The notes under the pieces were generated by a model. That model did no database searches and was not told where the DNA came from. It saw only the letters and a list, made by a program, of their open reading frames with translations. Shown here one piece after another: positions 56,192-64,000 of a stretch of 64,000 nucleotides of DNA (within the stretch, counting starts at the first letter, position 1; each line of letters begins with the position of its first letter). Source of the DNA: an uncultured Candidatus Rokubacteria bacterium. GTDB taxonomy: Bacteria > Methylomirabilota > Methylomirabilia > Rokubacteriales > DASRDR01. Position numbers and translations under genes: made by a program. The stretch spans positions 800,001-864,000 of the forward strand of contig CAWDVE010000017.1 in NCBI GenBank assembly GCA_963805625.1, in the 5' to 3' direction.

Positions 56192-56884
56192 ATGGCGATC
56201 TGGGACGATGTCATTCCCCGCGCCGAGCAGCAGATCTACGAGGATGGCGGGTGGGGCGGCCGGGTCGGCTTCGGGCAGCGCCCGGCCCTTCTGGTCGTGG
56301 ACATGTACACGGCCTTCGTGGACCCTGCGTACCCGTTCGCGAGCCCCGGCGCCCGGGACTCGGCGCGGGTGATCGCGCGGCTCCTCGACGCCGCCCGGGC
56401 GGGCGGCGCGCCCGTCTTCTACACACGCGGCGAGCGGGCGACGTGGCCGATCGAGCGCGGGCGCTGGAAGACCCGGGGCGTCTTCCGGCCGATCATGGAG
56501 CGTCCCGAGGCCTACCAGATTGTGCCCGAGCTGGCGCCGCGGCCCGACGAGCCCGTGATCGTCAAGGCGTTCCCGAGCGGGTTCGTGGGTACCAATCTCC
56601 TCGCGTACCTCGTCTACCACGGCATCGACACGCTCATCGTGACGGGCGCCGTCACGAGCGGCTGCGTCCGCGACACCGTGCTGGACGCCTTCAACCACAA
56701 CTACCGCGTGATCGTGCCCGTGGAGGCTGTCTGTGACCGGGGGGCGACGTCCCACAAGGTGACGCTCTTCGACATACACATGAAGTACGGCGACGTGGTG
56801 CCCCAGGCGGAGGTGCTCGACTACCTGAAGACAGTCCGCTCCGGCGAGGCGACCCCCGCCCTCGAGGAAGCCGCCACGCGCTGA
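56192..56884 (+). CDS. Isochorismatase-family cysteine hydrolase (N-carbamoylsarcosine/maleamate amidase-like)
   Basis: GFGQRPALLVVD (Asp), VIVK (Lys), TSGCVR (Cys), DIHMKYGDV. Confidence 0.88.
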   Translation: MAIWDDVIPRAEQQIYEDGGWGGRVGFGQRPALLVVDMYTAFVDPAYPFASPGARDSARVIARLLDAARAGGAPVFYTRGERATWPIERGRWKTRGVFRPIMERPEAYQIVPELAPRPDEPVIVKAFPSGFVGTNLLAYLVYHGIDTLIVTGAVTSGCVRDTVLDAFNHNYRVIVPVEAVCDRGATSHKVTLFDIHMKYGDVVPQAEVLDYLKTVRSGEATPALEEAATR

Positions 56885-56979
56885 CCGGTGCGCTGGTGCC
56901 TGCCCGGTCGCTCCGCGCCGGCCCGACGGACGCCGCCGCCGTCGGCCGGTAGCCTCCGGACGCCCGGGCGCGGCGGGAG

Positions 56980-57945
56980 TCACGGGCCGCCGTCGCGCCC
57001 GATCACCTCCTGAAGCCGCGTGAAGTCCACGTTCCCGCCGCTCAGGACCGCCACGACCTTCCGGCCGCTGTGCCATTCGGCCCGGCCGGCGAGGAGGGCA
57101 GCGACTCCCGCGGCTCCCGCTCCCTCGACCAGGAGCTTTCCCCGCTCCAGCAGGCCACGCATCGCACCCTGTATCTCCTCGTCGGACACGGCGACGAGGT
57201 CGTCGACGTATCGCCGCACGGTCTCCACCACCAGATCGCTCGTCGTCGGTGACGCCAGACCGTCGGCGATGCTCGGCGTGCGCGTGAGCCGAAGCGGCCT
57301 GCCGGCCGCGACCGACTCGTGGAGCAGCCTCCCCGACGCGCACTCCACGCCGACCACCCGCACGGCCGGGCGGTGGAGCTTGATCGCGGTGACGATGCCC
57401 GAGATCAGCGTGCCCCCGCCGACCGGCACCACCACCGTCTCCACGTCCGGGAGGTCTTCGAGGATCTCGCTGCCGATCGATCCGTAACCGGCGATGAGGG
57501 CTTCGTCGGCCCAGGGATCGATGACGACCGCGCGGTGCCGGGCCCGCAGGTCCTCGACGCGATCGAACCAGGTCCGGGGGTCCGGATGCAGGACGACCTC
57601 GGCGCCGTAGTCCCGCACCGCCTGGATCTTGGCGGCGGAGGCCGTCTCGAGCATCACGACCCAGCAGTGCACGCCCGCCTGACGCGCGGCATAGGCCACG
57701 CCCTGGGCCAGGTTCCCCGCGGACATGACGATGACTCCCCGGCGCTTCTCCTCGGCGCCGAGCTGCGCGATCCGATTCAGCCCGCCGCGCGGCTTGTAGG
57801 AGCCCGTCTTCTGGAGGTTCTCGCACTTCACATGAAGCTCGACGCCGCATCGGGCTCCGAGGCTGGCCACCGACAGGATGGGCGTCCGATGCACGTGCCG
57901 GCCGATCATGGTCCTCGCCTGGTCCAGCTGATCGCGGGTGATCAT
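56980..57945 (-). CDS. PLP-dependent threonine/serine dehydratase (catabolic/racemase type, no regulatory domain)
   Basis: KCENLQKTGSYKPRG (PLP Lys), SAGN, VPVGGG, SIADGL, LSGGN. Confidence 0.9.
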   Translation of the reverse strand: MITRDQLDQARTMIGRHVHRTPILSVASLGARCGVELHVKCENLQKTGSYKPRGGLNRIAQLGAEEKRRGVIVMSAGNLAQGVAYAARQAGVHCWVVMLETASAAKIQAVRDYGAEVVLHPDPRTWFDRVEDLRARHRAVVIDPWADEALIAGYGSIGSEILEDLPDVETVVVPVGGGTLISGIVTAIKLHRPAVRVVGVECASGRLLHESVAAGRPLRLTRTPSIADGLASPTTSDLVVETVRRYVDDLVAVSDEEIQGAMRGLLERGKLLVEGAGAAGVAALLAGRAEWHSGRKVVAVLSGGNVDFTRLQEVIGRDGGP

Positions 57946-58072
57946 GTCAGCTCTCCCGGACGCTCGTCGCTCACGGCCATGATCCTACGAGGGGGATGGA
58001 CGCGCCAGAGCTGCCCGGCCAGCCGTGGCCGCCTGGCGCCGGCGCGCCGCCATCGGACCCCCGGGGCGCGGC

Positions 58073-58101
58073 TTGACAGGCTGTCGGGCCGCCCCGATCA
58101 T
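58073..58101 (+). promoter_or_regulatory. Putative sigma70 promoter of the dipeptide ABC operon
   Basis: TTGACA-N17-GATCAT upstream of AAGGAG RBS. Confidence 0.5.
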
Positions 58102-58182
58102 GCGTCAAATGCCCGGGCCCGGATCCCCATCGCGCCACGCATGGCACCTCGATGGGGCCGGAGCCACCGAAAGGAGCCTTGC

Positions 58183-59760
58183 ATGAGGAGAATCGCCTGG
58201 TTGCTCGCGGCGACGGTCCTGGTCGCCGCTCCCGCCCTGGCGGCGACGCCCAAGGACACGGTCGTCATGGCCAAGCAGATCGACGACATCATCTCGCTGG
58301 ACCCCGCCGAGTCGTTCGAGTTCTCGGGCAGCGAGGCGGTCGGCAACATCTACGAGCGGCTCATCACCTACGACCTCCAGGACGTCAGCAAGCTCAAGGG
58401 CGAGCTGGCAGAGAGCTGGTCGGCCGGTGCAGACGGCAAGACCTACACGTTCAAGATGCGAAAGGGCATCAAGTTCGCCTCCGGCAACCCGGTGACGGCC
58501 CAGGATGCGGCTTACTCGCTCCAGCGGGCCGTGATCATGAACAAGACCCCGGGATTCATCCTGACCCAGTTCGGCTTCACGAAGGAAAACGCCAAGGAGA
58601 AGATCCGGGCGACCGACGACCAGACCCTCGTCATCGAGACGGGCGAGCAGGTGGCGCCCACCTTCTTCTACTACTGCCTGACGGCGGTCATCGGCGGGAT
58701 CGTCGACATGAAGACGGTCCAGGCCCACGAGAAGGACGGCGACTTCGGGAACGAGTGGCTCAAGACCAACTCGGCCGGCTCGGGCCCGTTCAAGCTCGTG
58801 AGCTGGAAGGCGAACGATCGCTATGTCCTCGAGCGGAACGACGGCTACCACGGGGCCAAAGCCCTGCCAAAGCGGGTCGTCGTGCAACACGTCGCGGAGG
58901 CGGCCAGCCAGCGGCTCCTCCTCGAGAAGGGGGATATCGACTACGCCCGCAACCTGACCAAGGATCAGCTCGACGCCATCAAGGGCAATCCCAACATCGT
59001 GACCCAGCAGGCTCGGAAGGGCTCAATCTGGTACATCAGCGTGAACCAGAAGAACCCGAACCTCGCCAAGCCCGAAGTGCGGGAGGCGCTGAAGTGGCTG
59101 GTCGACTACGCCGGCATCGAGGAGAACATCCTGCGCGGGAGCTACGTCGTCCACCAGGCGTTCCTGCCCAAGGGCTTCCTTGGCGCCATCGACGACAAGC
59201 CCTACAAGTTCGACCTGGCCAAGGCCAAAGCGCTCCTGGCCAAGGCTGGCCTGCCTGATGGGTTCAGCGTGACGATGGATGTCCGCAACACCTCGCCGAA
59301 CACCGACATCGCCCAGGCGGTCCAAGCGAGCTGGGCCAAGGCGGGGATCAAGCTCGAGCTGCTCCCGGGCGACGGTAAGCAGGTCATCACGAAATACCGC
59401 GCGCGCAACCACGACGTGATGCTTCTCCAGTGGGGGCCGGACTACCAGGATCCCCACAGTAATGCCGAAACGTTCGCGATGAACGTGGACAACACAGACG
59501 CCTCGAAGTCGAAGACGCTGGCCTGGCGGAACAGCTGGGACATCCCGGACATGACCAGGCAGACGGCAGCGGCGGTGAAGGAGCGGGACGCCAAGAAGCG
59601 CGAAGCCATGTACCAGCAGATCCAGAGGGAGCACCAGAAGACGTCACCGTTCATCATCATGTTCCAGGAGATCGAGGTCACGGCCCACGGCAAGGGCGTG
59701 GATGGCTTCGTCATCGGTCCGAGCTTCGAGAACAACCTCTATGCTGGAATCAAGAAGTAG
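58183..59760 (+). CDS. Dipeptide-type ABC substrate-binding protein (DppA/DdpA-like)
   Basis: Signal peptide ALA-ATP, DDIISLDPAE, FASGNPVTA, AGSGPF, WGPDYQDP, LAWRNSW. Confidence 0.9.
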   Translation: MRRIAWLLAATVLVAAPALAATPKDTVVMAKQIDDIISLDPAESFEFSGSEAVGNIYERLITYDLQDVSKLKGELAESWSAGADGKTYTFKMRKGIKFASGNPVTAQDAAYSLQRAVIMNKTPGFILTQFGFTKENAKEKIRATDDQTLVIETGEQVAPTFFYYCLTAVIGGIVDMKTVQAHEKDGDFGNEWLKTNSAGSGPFKLVSWKANDRYVLERNDGYHGAKALPKRVVVQHVAEAASQRLLLEKGDIDYARNLTKDQLDAIKGNPNIVTQQARKGSIWYISVNQKNPNLAKPEVREALKWLVDYAGIEENILRGSYVVHQAFLPKGFLGAIDDKPYKFDLAKAKALLAKAGLPDGFSVTMDVRNTSPNTDIAQAVQASWAKAGIKLELLPGDGKQVITKYRARNHDVMLLQWGPDYQDPHSNAETFAMNVDNTDASKSKTLAWRNSWDIPDMTRQTAAAVKERDAKKREAMYQQIQREHQKTSPFIIMFQEIEVTAHGKGVDGFVIGPSFENNLYAGIKK

Positions 59761-59786
59761 CTGACGCCGCGGACGATCGCCGACAG

Positions 59787-60854
59787 GTGACCGGCGCGCC
59801 GGCCCGGACGCCTCTCCCGGGAGCGAGGGCGACCTCGCTCCCGGTTCGCGTCCTGTGGCAGGTCACGCGGATCGCCGGGACGGTCGCGCTCACCTTCCTC
59901 GGCCTCCTGCTCGTCACCTTCCTGATCGGACGCGTCGTCCCGATCGATCCGGTTCTCGCGGCGGTAGGGGACCGCGCGCCGGCCGAGGTCTACGAGCGAG
60001 TCAAGCGGGAGCTCGGCCTCGACCTCCCGCTCTGGCAGCAGTTCTGGCTGTACCTCAGGAAGGTGCTCGCTGGTGACTTCGGGCGGTCGGTCCTGACCTC
60101 GAACCCGGTCCTCGTCGACATCCGGCGGTTCTTCCCGGCCACCCTGGAGCTGGCGACGGTGGCGACGCTGATCGGCGTGACACTCGGCATCCCCATGGGA
60201 GTCCTCGCCGCCGTGCGACGCGGCCGGTGGGCGGACCAGGTGATCCGGGTTGTGAGTCTCCTCGGCTACTCGGTTCCAGTGTTCTGGCTCGGGCTCATGG
60301 GTCTGCTCCTCTTCTACGCGCGGCTCGAGTGGGCGGCCGGCCCGGGTCGGCTCGACGTGGCCTTCGACGACATCGTCCCGACCGTCAGTGGGGTGATTCT
60401 GCTCGATTCGGCCCTAGCGGGTGAGTGGGAGGTGTTCGGGAACGCGCTTCGCCACGTGATCCTGCCGGCGTCGATCCTGGGCTACTTTTCTTTGGCCTAC
60501 CTCGCCCGGATGACGCGCAGCTTCATGCTGGCCGAGCTCGGGCAGGAGTACATCACCACGGCCCGGATCAAGGGGCTCTCCGAGCGGCGGATCGTGTGGC
60601 GTCACGCCCTCGGCAACGTGCTGGTGCCGCTCATCACGGTCGTGGCGCTCGCGTACGCGAACCTGCTTGAGGGCTCGGTGCTGACGGAGACCGTATTCGC
60701 CTGGCCGGGGCTCGGGCAGTACATCACGAGCTCGCTCTTGAGCGCCGACATGAACGCCGTCCTGGGAGGCACGATCGTCGTGGGGACGGTCTTTATCGGC
60801 CTGAACCTTTTCTCCGATCTTCTCTACCGGCTCGTGGATCCCCGCGCCCGATGA
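59787..60854 (+). CDS. Dipeptide ABC permease (DppB-like)
   Basis: PIDPV, GLDLPLWQQ, FPATLEL, EYITTARIKG, TETVFAWPG. Confidence 0.9.
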   Translation: MTGAPARTPLPGARATSLPVRVLWQVTRIAGTVALTFLGLLLVTFLIGRVVPIDPVLAAVGDRAPAEVYERVKRELGLDLPLWQQFWLYLRKVLAGDFGRSVLTSNPVLVDIRRFFPATLELATVATLIGVTLGIPMGVLAAVRRGRWADQVIRVVSLLGYSVPVFWLGLMGLLLFYARLEWAAGPGRLDVAFDDIVPTVSGVILLDSALAGEWEVFGNALRHVILPASILGYFSLAYLARMTRSFMLAELGQEYITTARIKGLSERRIVWRHALGNVLVPLITVVALAYANLLEGSVLTETVFAWPGLGQYITSSLLSADMNAVLGGTIVVGTVFIGLNLFSDLLYRLVDPRAR

Positions 60855-61774
60855 CGCCGGCCAGCCGGCTCGAGGCTCTTCGGCAGCGTCGACGATGGCT
60901 TCTCGCGGAGACGCCGGCGTCCCGGACCCAGGCGCGGCTCGGCCAGGCGTACGTCGGCTGGCTCGGCTTCCGCGCGAATCCACTGGCGATGGCCGGTCTC
61001 GCGGTCCTGATCGCCCTGGTGCTGATCGCGCTCTTCACCCCGCTCCTGACCAGCCAGTCGCCGGTGACCCAGGACCTGGGGCAGCGCCTCCAGCCCCCGA
61101 GTGCCCGGTACTGGTTCGGGACGGACGAGCTCGGGCGGGACATCTACACGAGGGTGCTCTACGGGTCGCGCATCACGCTGGTGATCGTCGGGCTGGTCGT
61201 CGTGATGGTCGCCCCCACCGGTCTCCTCATCGGCACCGCCGCCGGCTACCTCGGGGGCTGGGTCGACACGGTCCTCATGCGGGTGACCGACGTCTTCCTC
61301 GCCTTCCCGCGGCTCATCCTCGCCTTGGCGTTCGTCTCGGCCCTCGGCCCGGGTATCGAGAACGCGATCATCGCCATCGCCTGCACGGCCTGGCCGCCGT
61401 ATGCGCGCGTGGCGCGGGCGGAGACGCTGACGATCCGGCGGAGCGACTTCATCGCGGCCATTCGCCTCCAGGGCGCCGGCCCGCTTCGCATCGTGCTGGG
61501 CCACGTCGTGCCGCTCTGCACCTCGTCGCTGATCGTCCGCGTCGGCTTCGACATGGGCGGCATCATCCTGACCGCCGCTGGTCTCGGCTTCCTCGGGCTG
61601 GGCGCTCAGCCGCCCGCTCCCGAGTGGGGCGCGATGATCGCGTCGGGGCGGCGGTTCCTCCTCGACCAGTGGTGGGTGGCCACGGTCCCCGGGATCGCCA
61701 TCCTGGTCGTGAGCCTCGGCTTCAACCTCCTCGGGGACGGCCTCCGGGATGTCCTCGATCCGAAGGTGGGATGA
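60851..61774 (+). CDS. Dipeptide ABC permease (DppC-like)
   Basis: WFGTDELGRD, LAFPRL, LGFLGLGAQPP.PEWG, NLLGDGLRD. Confidence 0.9.
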   Translation: MTPASRLEALRQRRRWLLAETPASRTQARLGQAYVGWLGFRANPLAMAGLAVLIALVLIALFTPLLTSQSPVTQDLGQRLQPPSARYWFGTDELGRDIYTRVLYGSRITLVIVGLVVVMVAPTGLLIGTAAGYLGGWVDTVLMRVTDVFLAFPRLILALAFVSALGPGIENAIIAIACTAWPPYARVARAETLTIRRSDFIAAIRLQGAGPLRIVLGHVVPLCTSSLIVRVGFDMGGIILTAAGLGFLGLGAQPPAPEWGAMIASGRRFLLDQWWVATVPGIAILVVSLGFNLLGDGLRDVLDPKVG

Positions 61775-61805
61775 GAGCCGTGAGCCAATCCCTTCGCCGA
61801 CCCGG

Positions 61806-62651
61806 ATGACGCCAATCCTCAGCGTCGAGGACCTTCGGGTCCGCTTCCCGGGGCGGGTCGCCGCGGTCGAGGCCGTCCGGGGGGTGAGCTTCGAGGTCGG
61901 GCGCGAGAAGCTCGGGATCGTGGGGGAGTCGGGCTCCGGGAAATCGATGACCGGCCGTGCCATTCTCCGCCTGGTGCCGCATCCGGGGCGCGTGACGGCG
62001 CGGCGGCTCGTGTTCGAGGGGATCGACCTCCTGGCCGCCAGCGAGCCCGCGATGCGGCGAATCCGCGGCGAACGGATCGCGATGGTCCTGCAGGACCCGA
62101 AGTTCTCGCTGAACCCGGTGATGCCGGTCGGCACCCAGGTGGCCGAGGCGTGGCGCGTGCACTCGGGCGCGTCCTGGCGGGAGTCGCGCCGGCGGGCGCT
62201 CGAGATGCTGGAGGCCGTCCGGATCCGAAATCCGGAGCGCGTCTACCGCGCCTACCCCCACGAGGTCTCGGGGGGCATGGGGCAGCGGGTCATGATCGCG
62301 ATGATGCTCGCGGCGGGCCCCGACCTTCTCATCGCCGACGAGCCCACCTCGGCCCTCGACGTCACCGTGCAGATGCAGGTCCTGGCGATCCTGGACGACC
62401 TGGTGACCGAGCGCGGCATGGGGCTCATCTTCATCAGCCACGACCTCAACCTGGTCGCCTCGTTCTGCGACCGGGTGCTCATCATGTACGCCGGGCGCAT
62501 CGTCGAGACCTGCCGTGCCCAGGACCTCGGGGCCGCGCGCCACCCCTACACCCAGGGGCTGCTCCGCTCGCTGCCGCGGATCGACCGCCCGGTCTCGGAG
62601 CTGGCGGTCCTCGAGCGGGATCCGGCGTGGCAGGACGAGAGCCCCGCGTGA
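61806..62651 (+). CDS. Dipeptide ABC ATP-binding protein (DppD-like)
   Basis: GESGSGKS, YPHEVSGGM, LIADEPT, ISHD, HPYT. Confidence 0.92.
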   Translation: MTPILSVEDLRVRFPGRVAAVEAVRGVSFEVGREKLGIVGESGSGKSMTGRAILRLVPHPGRVTARRLVFEGIDLLAASEPAMRRIRGERIAMVLQDPKFSLNPVMPVGTQVAEAWRVHSGASWRESRRRALEMLEAVRIRNPERVYRAYPHEVSGGMGQRVMIAMMLAAGPDLLIADEPTSALDVTVQMQVLAILDDLVTERGMGLIFISHDLNLVASFCDRVLIMYAGRIVETCRAQDLGAARHPYTQGLLRSLPRIDRPVSELAVLERDPAWQDESPA

Positions 62652-62658
62652 GCCTGTC

Positions 62659-63477
62659 GTGAGCCCGTTGGCGGCTCCCGCGATCCTCGAGGTCGAGGGG
62701 CTTCACGTGGTCTTCGGCCGCGGCGGGCCCGAGGCGGGCGCCGTCCACGCCGTTCGTGACGTCTCCTTCCGCGTCGCCGAGGGCGCGGCGTTCGGCCTGG
62801 TGGGCGAGTCGGGCTCGGGGAAGACCACGGTGCTGCGGACGATCGCGGGCCTGCTCACGCCGGCGGGCGGGCGGATCGCCGTCGGCGGTCGGACCCAGGG
62901 GCCGCATCGCGAGCGGGCGTTCGCGCGGCTCTGCCAGATGGTCTTCCAGGATCCGTACGGCTCGCTCCACCCGCGCCACACGGTGAATCGGGTGCTGATC
63001 GAGCCGCTCGCGATCCACGGGCTGGCCCGCCGCGGGGAGGCCGACCGACGGGTCGAGCGGGCGCTCGTCGAGGTCGGGCTCGGCCCGAGCTTCCGGTTCC
63101 GCTACCCGCACCAGCTTTCTGGAGGCCAGCGCCAGCGGGTGTCCATCGCGCGTGCGCTCATTCTGGAGCCCCGCATCCTACTCCTCGACGAGCCCACCTC
63201 GGCGCTCGACGTCTCGGTGCAGGCCGAGATCCTGAACCTTCTCGCGCGGCTCCGCCGGGAGCGCGGGCTCACGTACGTGCTCGTGAGCCACAACCTCGCG
63301 ATCGTGGCGCACCTCTGCGAGCGGCTCCTGGTGATGAACGCCGGGAGGGCGGTGGAGGAGCTGACGGCGGACCAGCTGCGCGCCGCGGCGCCGGCCGAGC
63401 CGTACACCCAGCAGCTCCTCCAGGCGAGCCTCGGCTACGATCGCCAGGCGGCCTCCCAGCTCACGACGTTCGACTAG
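62659..63477 (+). CDS. Dipeptide ABC ATP-binding protein (DppF-like)
   Basis: GESGSGKT, FQDPY, YPHQLSGGQRQR, LLDEPT, VSHN. Confidence 0.92.
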   Translation: MSPLAAPAILEVEGLHVVFGRGGPEAGAVHAVRDVSFRVAEGAAFGLVGESGSGKTTVLRTIAGLLTPAGGRIAVGGRTQGPHRERAFARLCQMVFQDPYGSLHPRHTVNRVLIEPLAIHGLARRGEADRRVERALVEVGLGPSFRFRYPHQLSGGQRQRVSIARALILEPRILLLDEPTSALDVSVQAEILNLLARLRRERGLTYVLVSHNLAIVAHLCERLLVMNAGRAVEELTADQLRAAAPAEPYTQQLLQASLGYDRQAASQLTTFD

Positions 63478-63525
63478 CGCCGCCGACATCGCCCCGGGTC
63501 AGGTGGCGATCACGAGGAGTCGTCC

Positions 63526-64000
63526 ATGAGCGCAATTGGATCCGACGACGCGGCCGCTCTCCGGGGGATGATCGCCGGCTACGAGGCAGCTCAGGCGATC
63601 TACGTTGCCGCAAAGCTCGACCTCGCCGATCTCGTCGCTCAGGGGACGACGTCCAGCCGCGAGCTGGCGGAGGCCACCGGCAGTGACGAGACCGCTCTGC
63701 ATCGCATCCTGCGGGCACTGGCGAGCCTCGGTGTGCTCGCGGACGTGGGCAACCGTCGCTTCGAGTTGACCGAGCGAGGACGCTACCTCCGGGCGGCCAC
63801 TCCCGGGTCGGTGCGGGCCGCGGCACTGCTCGCCGGCGAGCGATCCTATCGCGCCTGGGGTGGACTGCTCCACAGCGTGCAAAGCGGCCAGACGGCCTTT
63901 GAGCACGTGTTCGGCATGGGCACCTTCGAGTACATGGCGCACAACCCGGCGGTCGCCGCAATCTACAACGACGCAATGTCCGCCTCGTCGGCGGCGCGGG
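63526..64000 (+). CDS. O-methyltransferase (Methyltransf_2 type with N-terminal dimerisation domain), 3'-truncated by the window edge; absent from the ORF track
   Basis: GAGGAG RBS; MSAIGSDDAAALRGMIAGY..QAIYVAAKLDLAD..ELAEATG..LHRILRALASLGV..AWGGLLHSVQSGQTAFEHVFG..YNDAM. Confidence 0.85.
   Translation, partial: MSAIGSDDAAALRGMIAGYEAAQAIYVAAKLDLADLVAQGTTSSRELAEATGSDETALHRILRALASLGVLADVGNRRFELTERGRYLRAATPGSVRAAALLAGERSYRAWGGLLHSVQSGQTAFEHVFGMGTFEYMAHNPAVAAIYNDAMSASSAAR

Noticed and set aside
1-64000. CRISPR arrays, tRNA/rRNA, integrases, transposases, phage or defence genes
   Set aside because: None recognised on either strand by inspection

Overview
A very GC-rich, gene-dense bacterial window. 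Gene style is reminiscent of Candidatus Rokubacteria/Methylomirabilota, but that is inference only. No rRNA, tRNA, CRISPR array or intact transposase is seen. Four blocks: (1) 1-20.8 kb, an envelope and ion/pH-homeostasis region (MlaF/MlaD/PqiC-type MCE transporter, frameshifted MltF-like lytic transglycosylase, AI-2E transporter, beta-carbonic anhydrase, K+ channel, Ca2+/H+ antiporter, exported proteins, small beta-barrel, NhaA, tripartite RND pump) with two sigma54-type promoters and decayed gene remnants (aqpZ, FUSC-like, TPR-like). (2) 21-31 kb, mixed metabolism (SnoaL-like protein, methyltransferase, Gfo/Idh/MocA, aldehyde:ferredoxin oxidoreductase, GT-C-like glycosyltransferase with two discoidin domains, PaaK), plus a 120-bp palindromic element and a candidate structured RNA. 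(3) 30.9-48.8 kb, the most unusual part: a CDP-sugar/C-methyltransferase/DUF4910/PIG-L cassette interleaved with two carrier-protein activation modules (a stand-alone A-T-TE lacking the amino-acid-binding Asp and with a Cys thioesterase; an AMP-ligase + atypical ACP + GNAT), a GT2, a GMC oxidoreductase and an alkaline-phosphatase-superfamily enzyme. (4) 49-64 kb, three ABC importers (two without ATPase genes), a cysteine hydrolase, a Thr/Ser dehydratase and a truncated O-methyltransferase. All product calls come from motif recognition by eye; no database searches were run.
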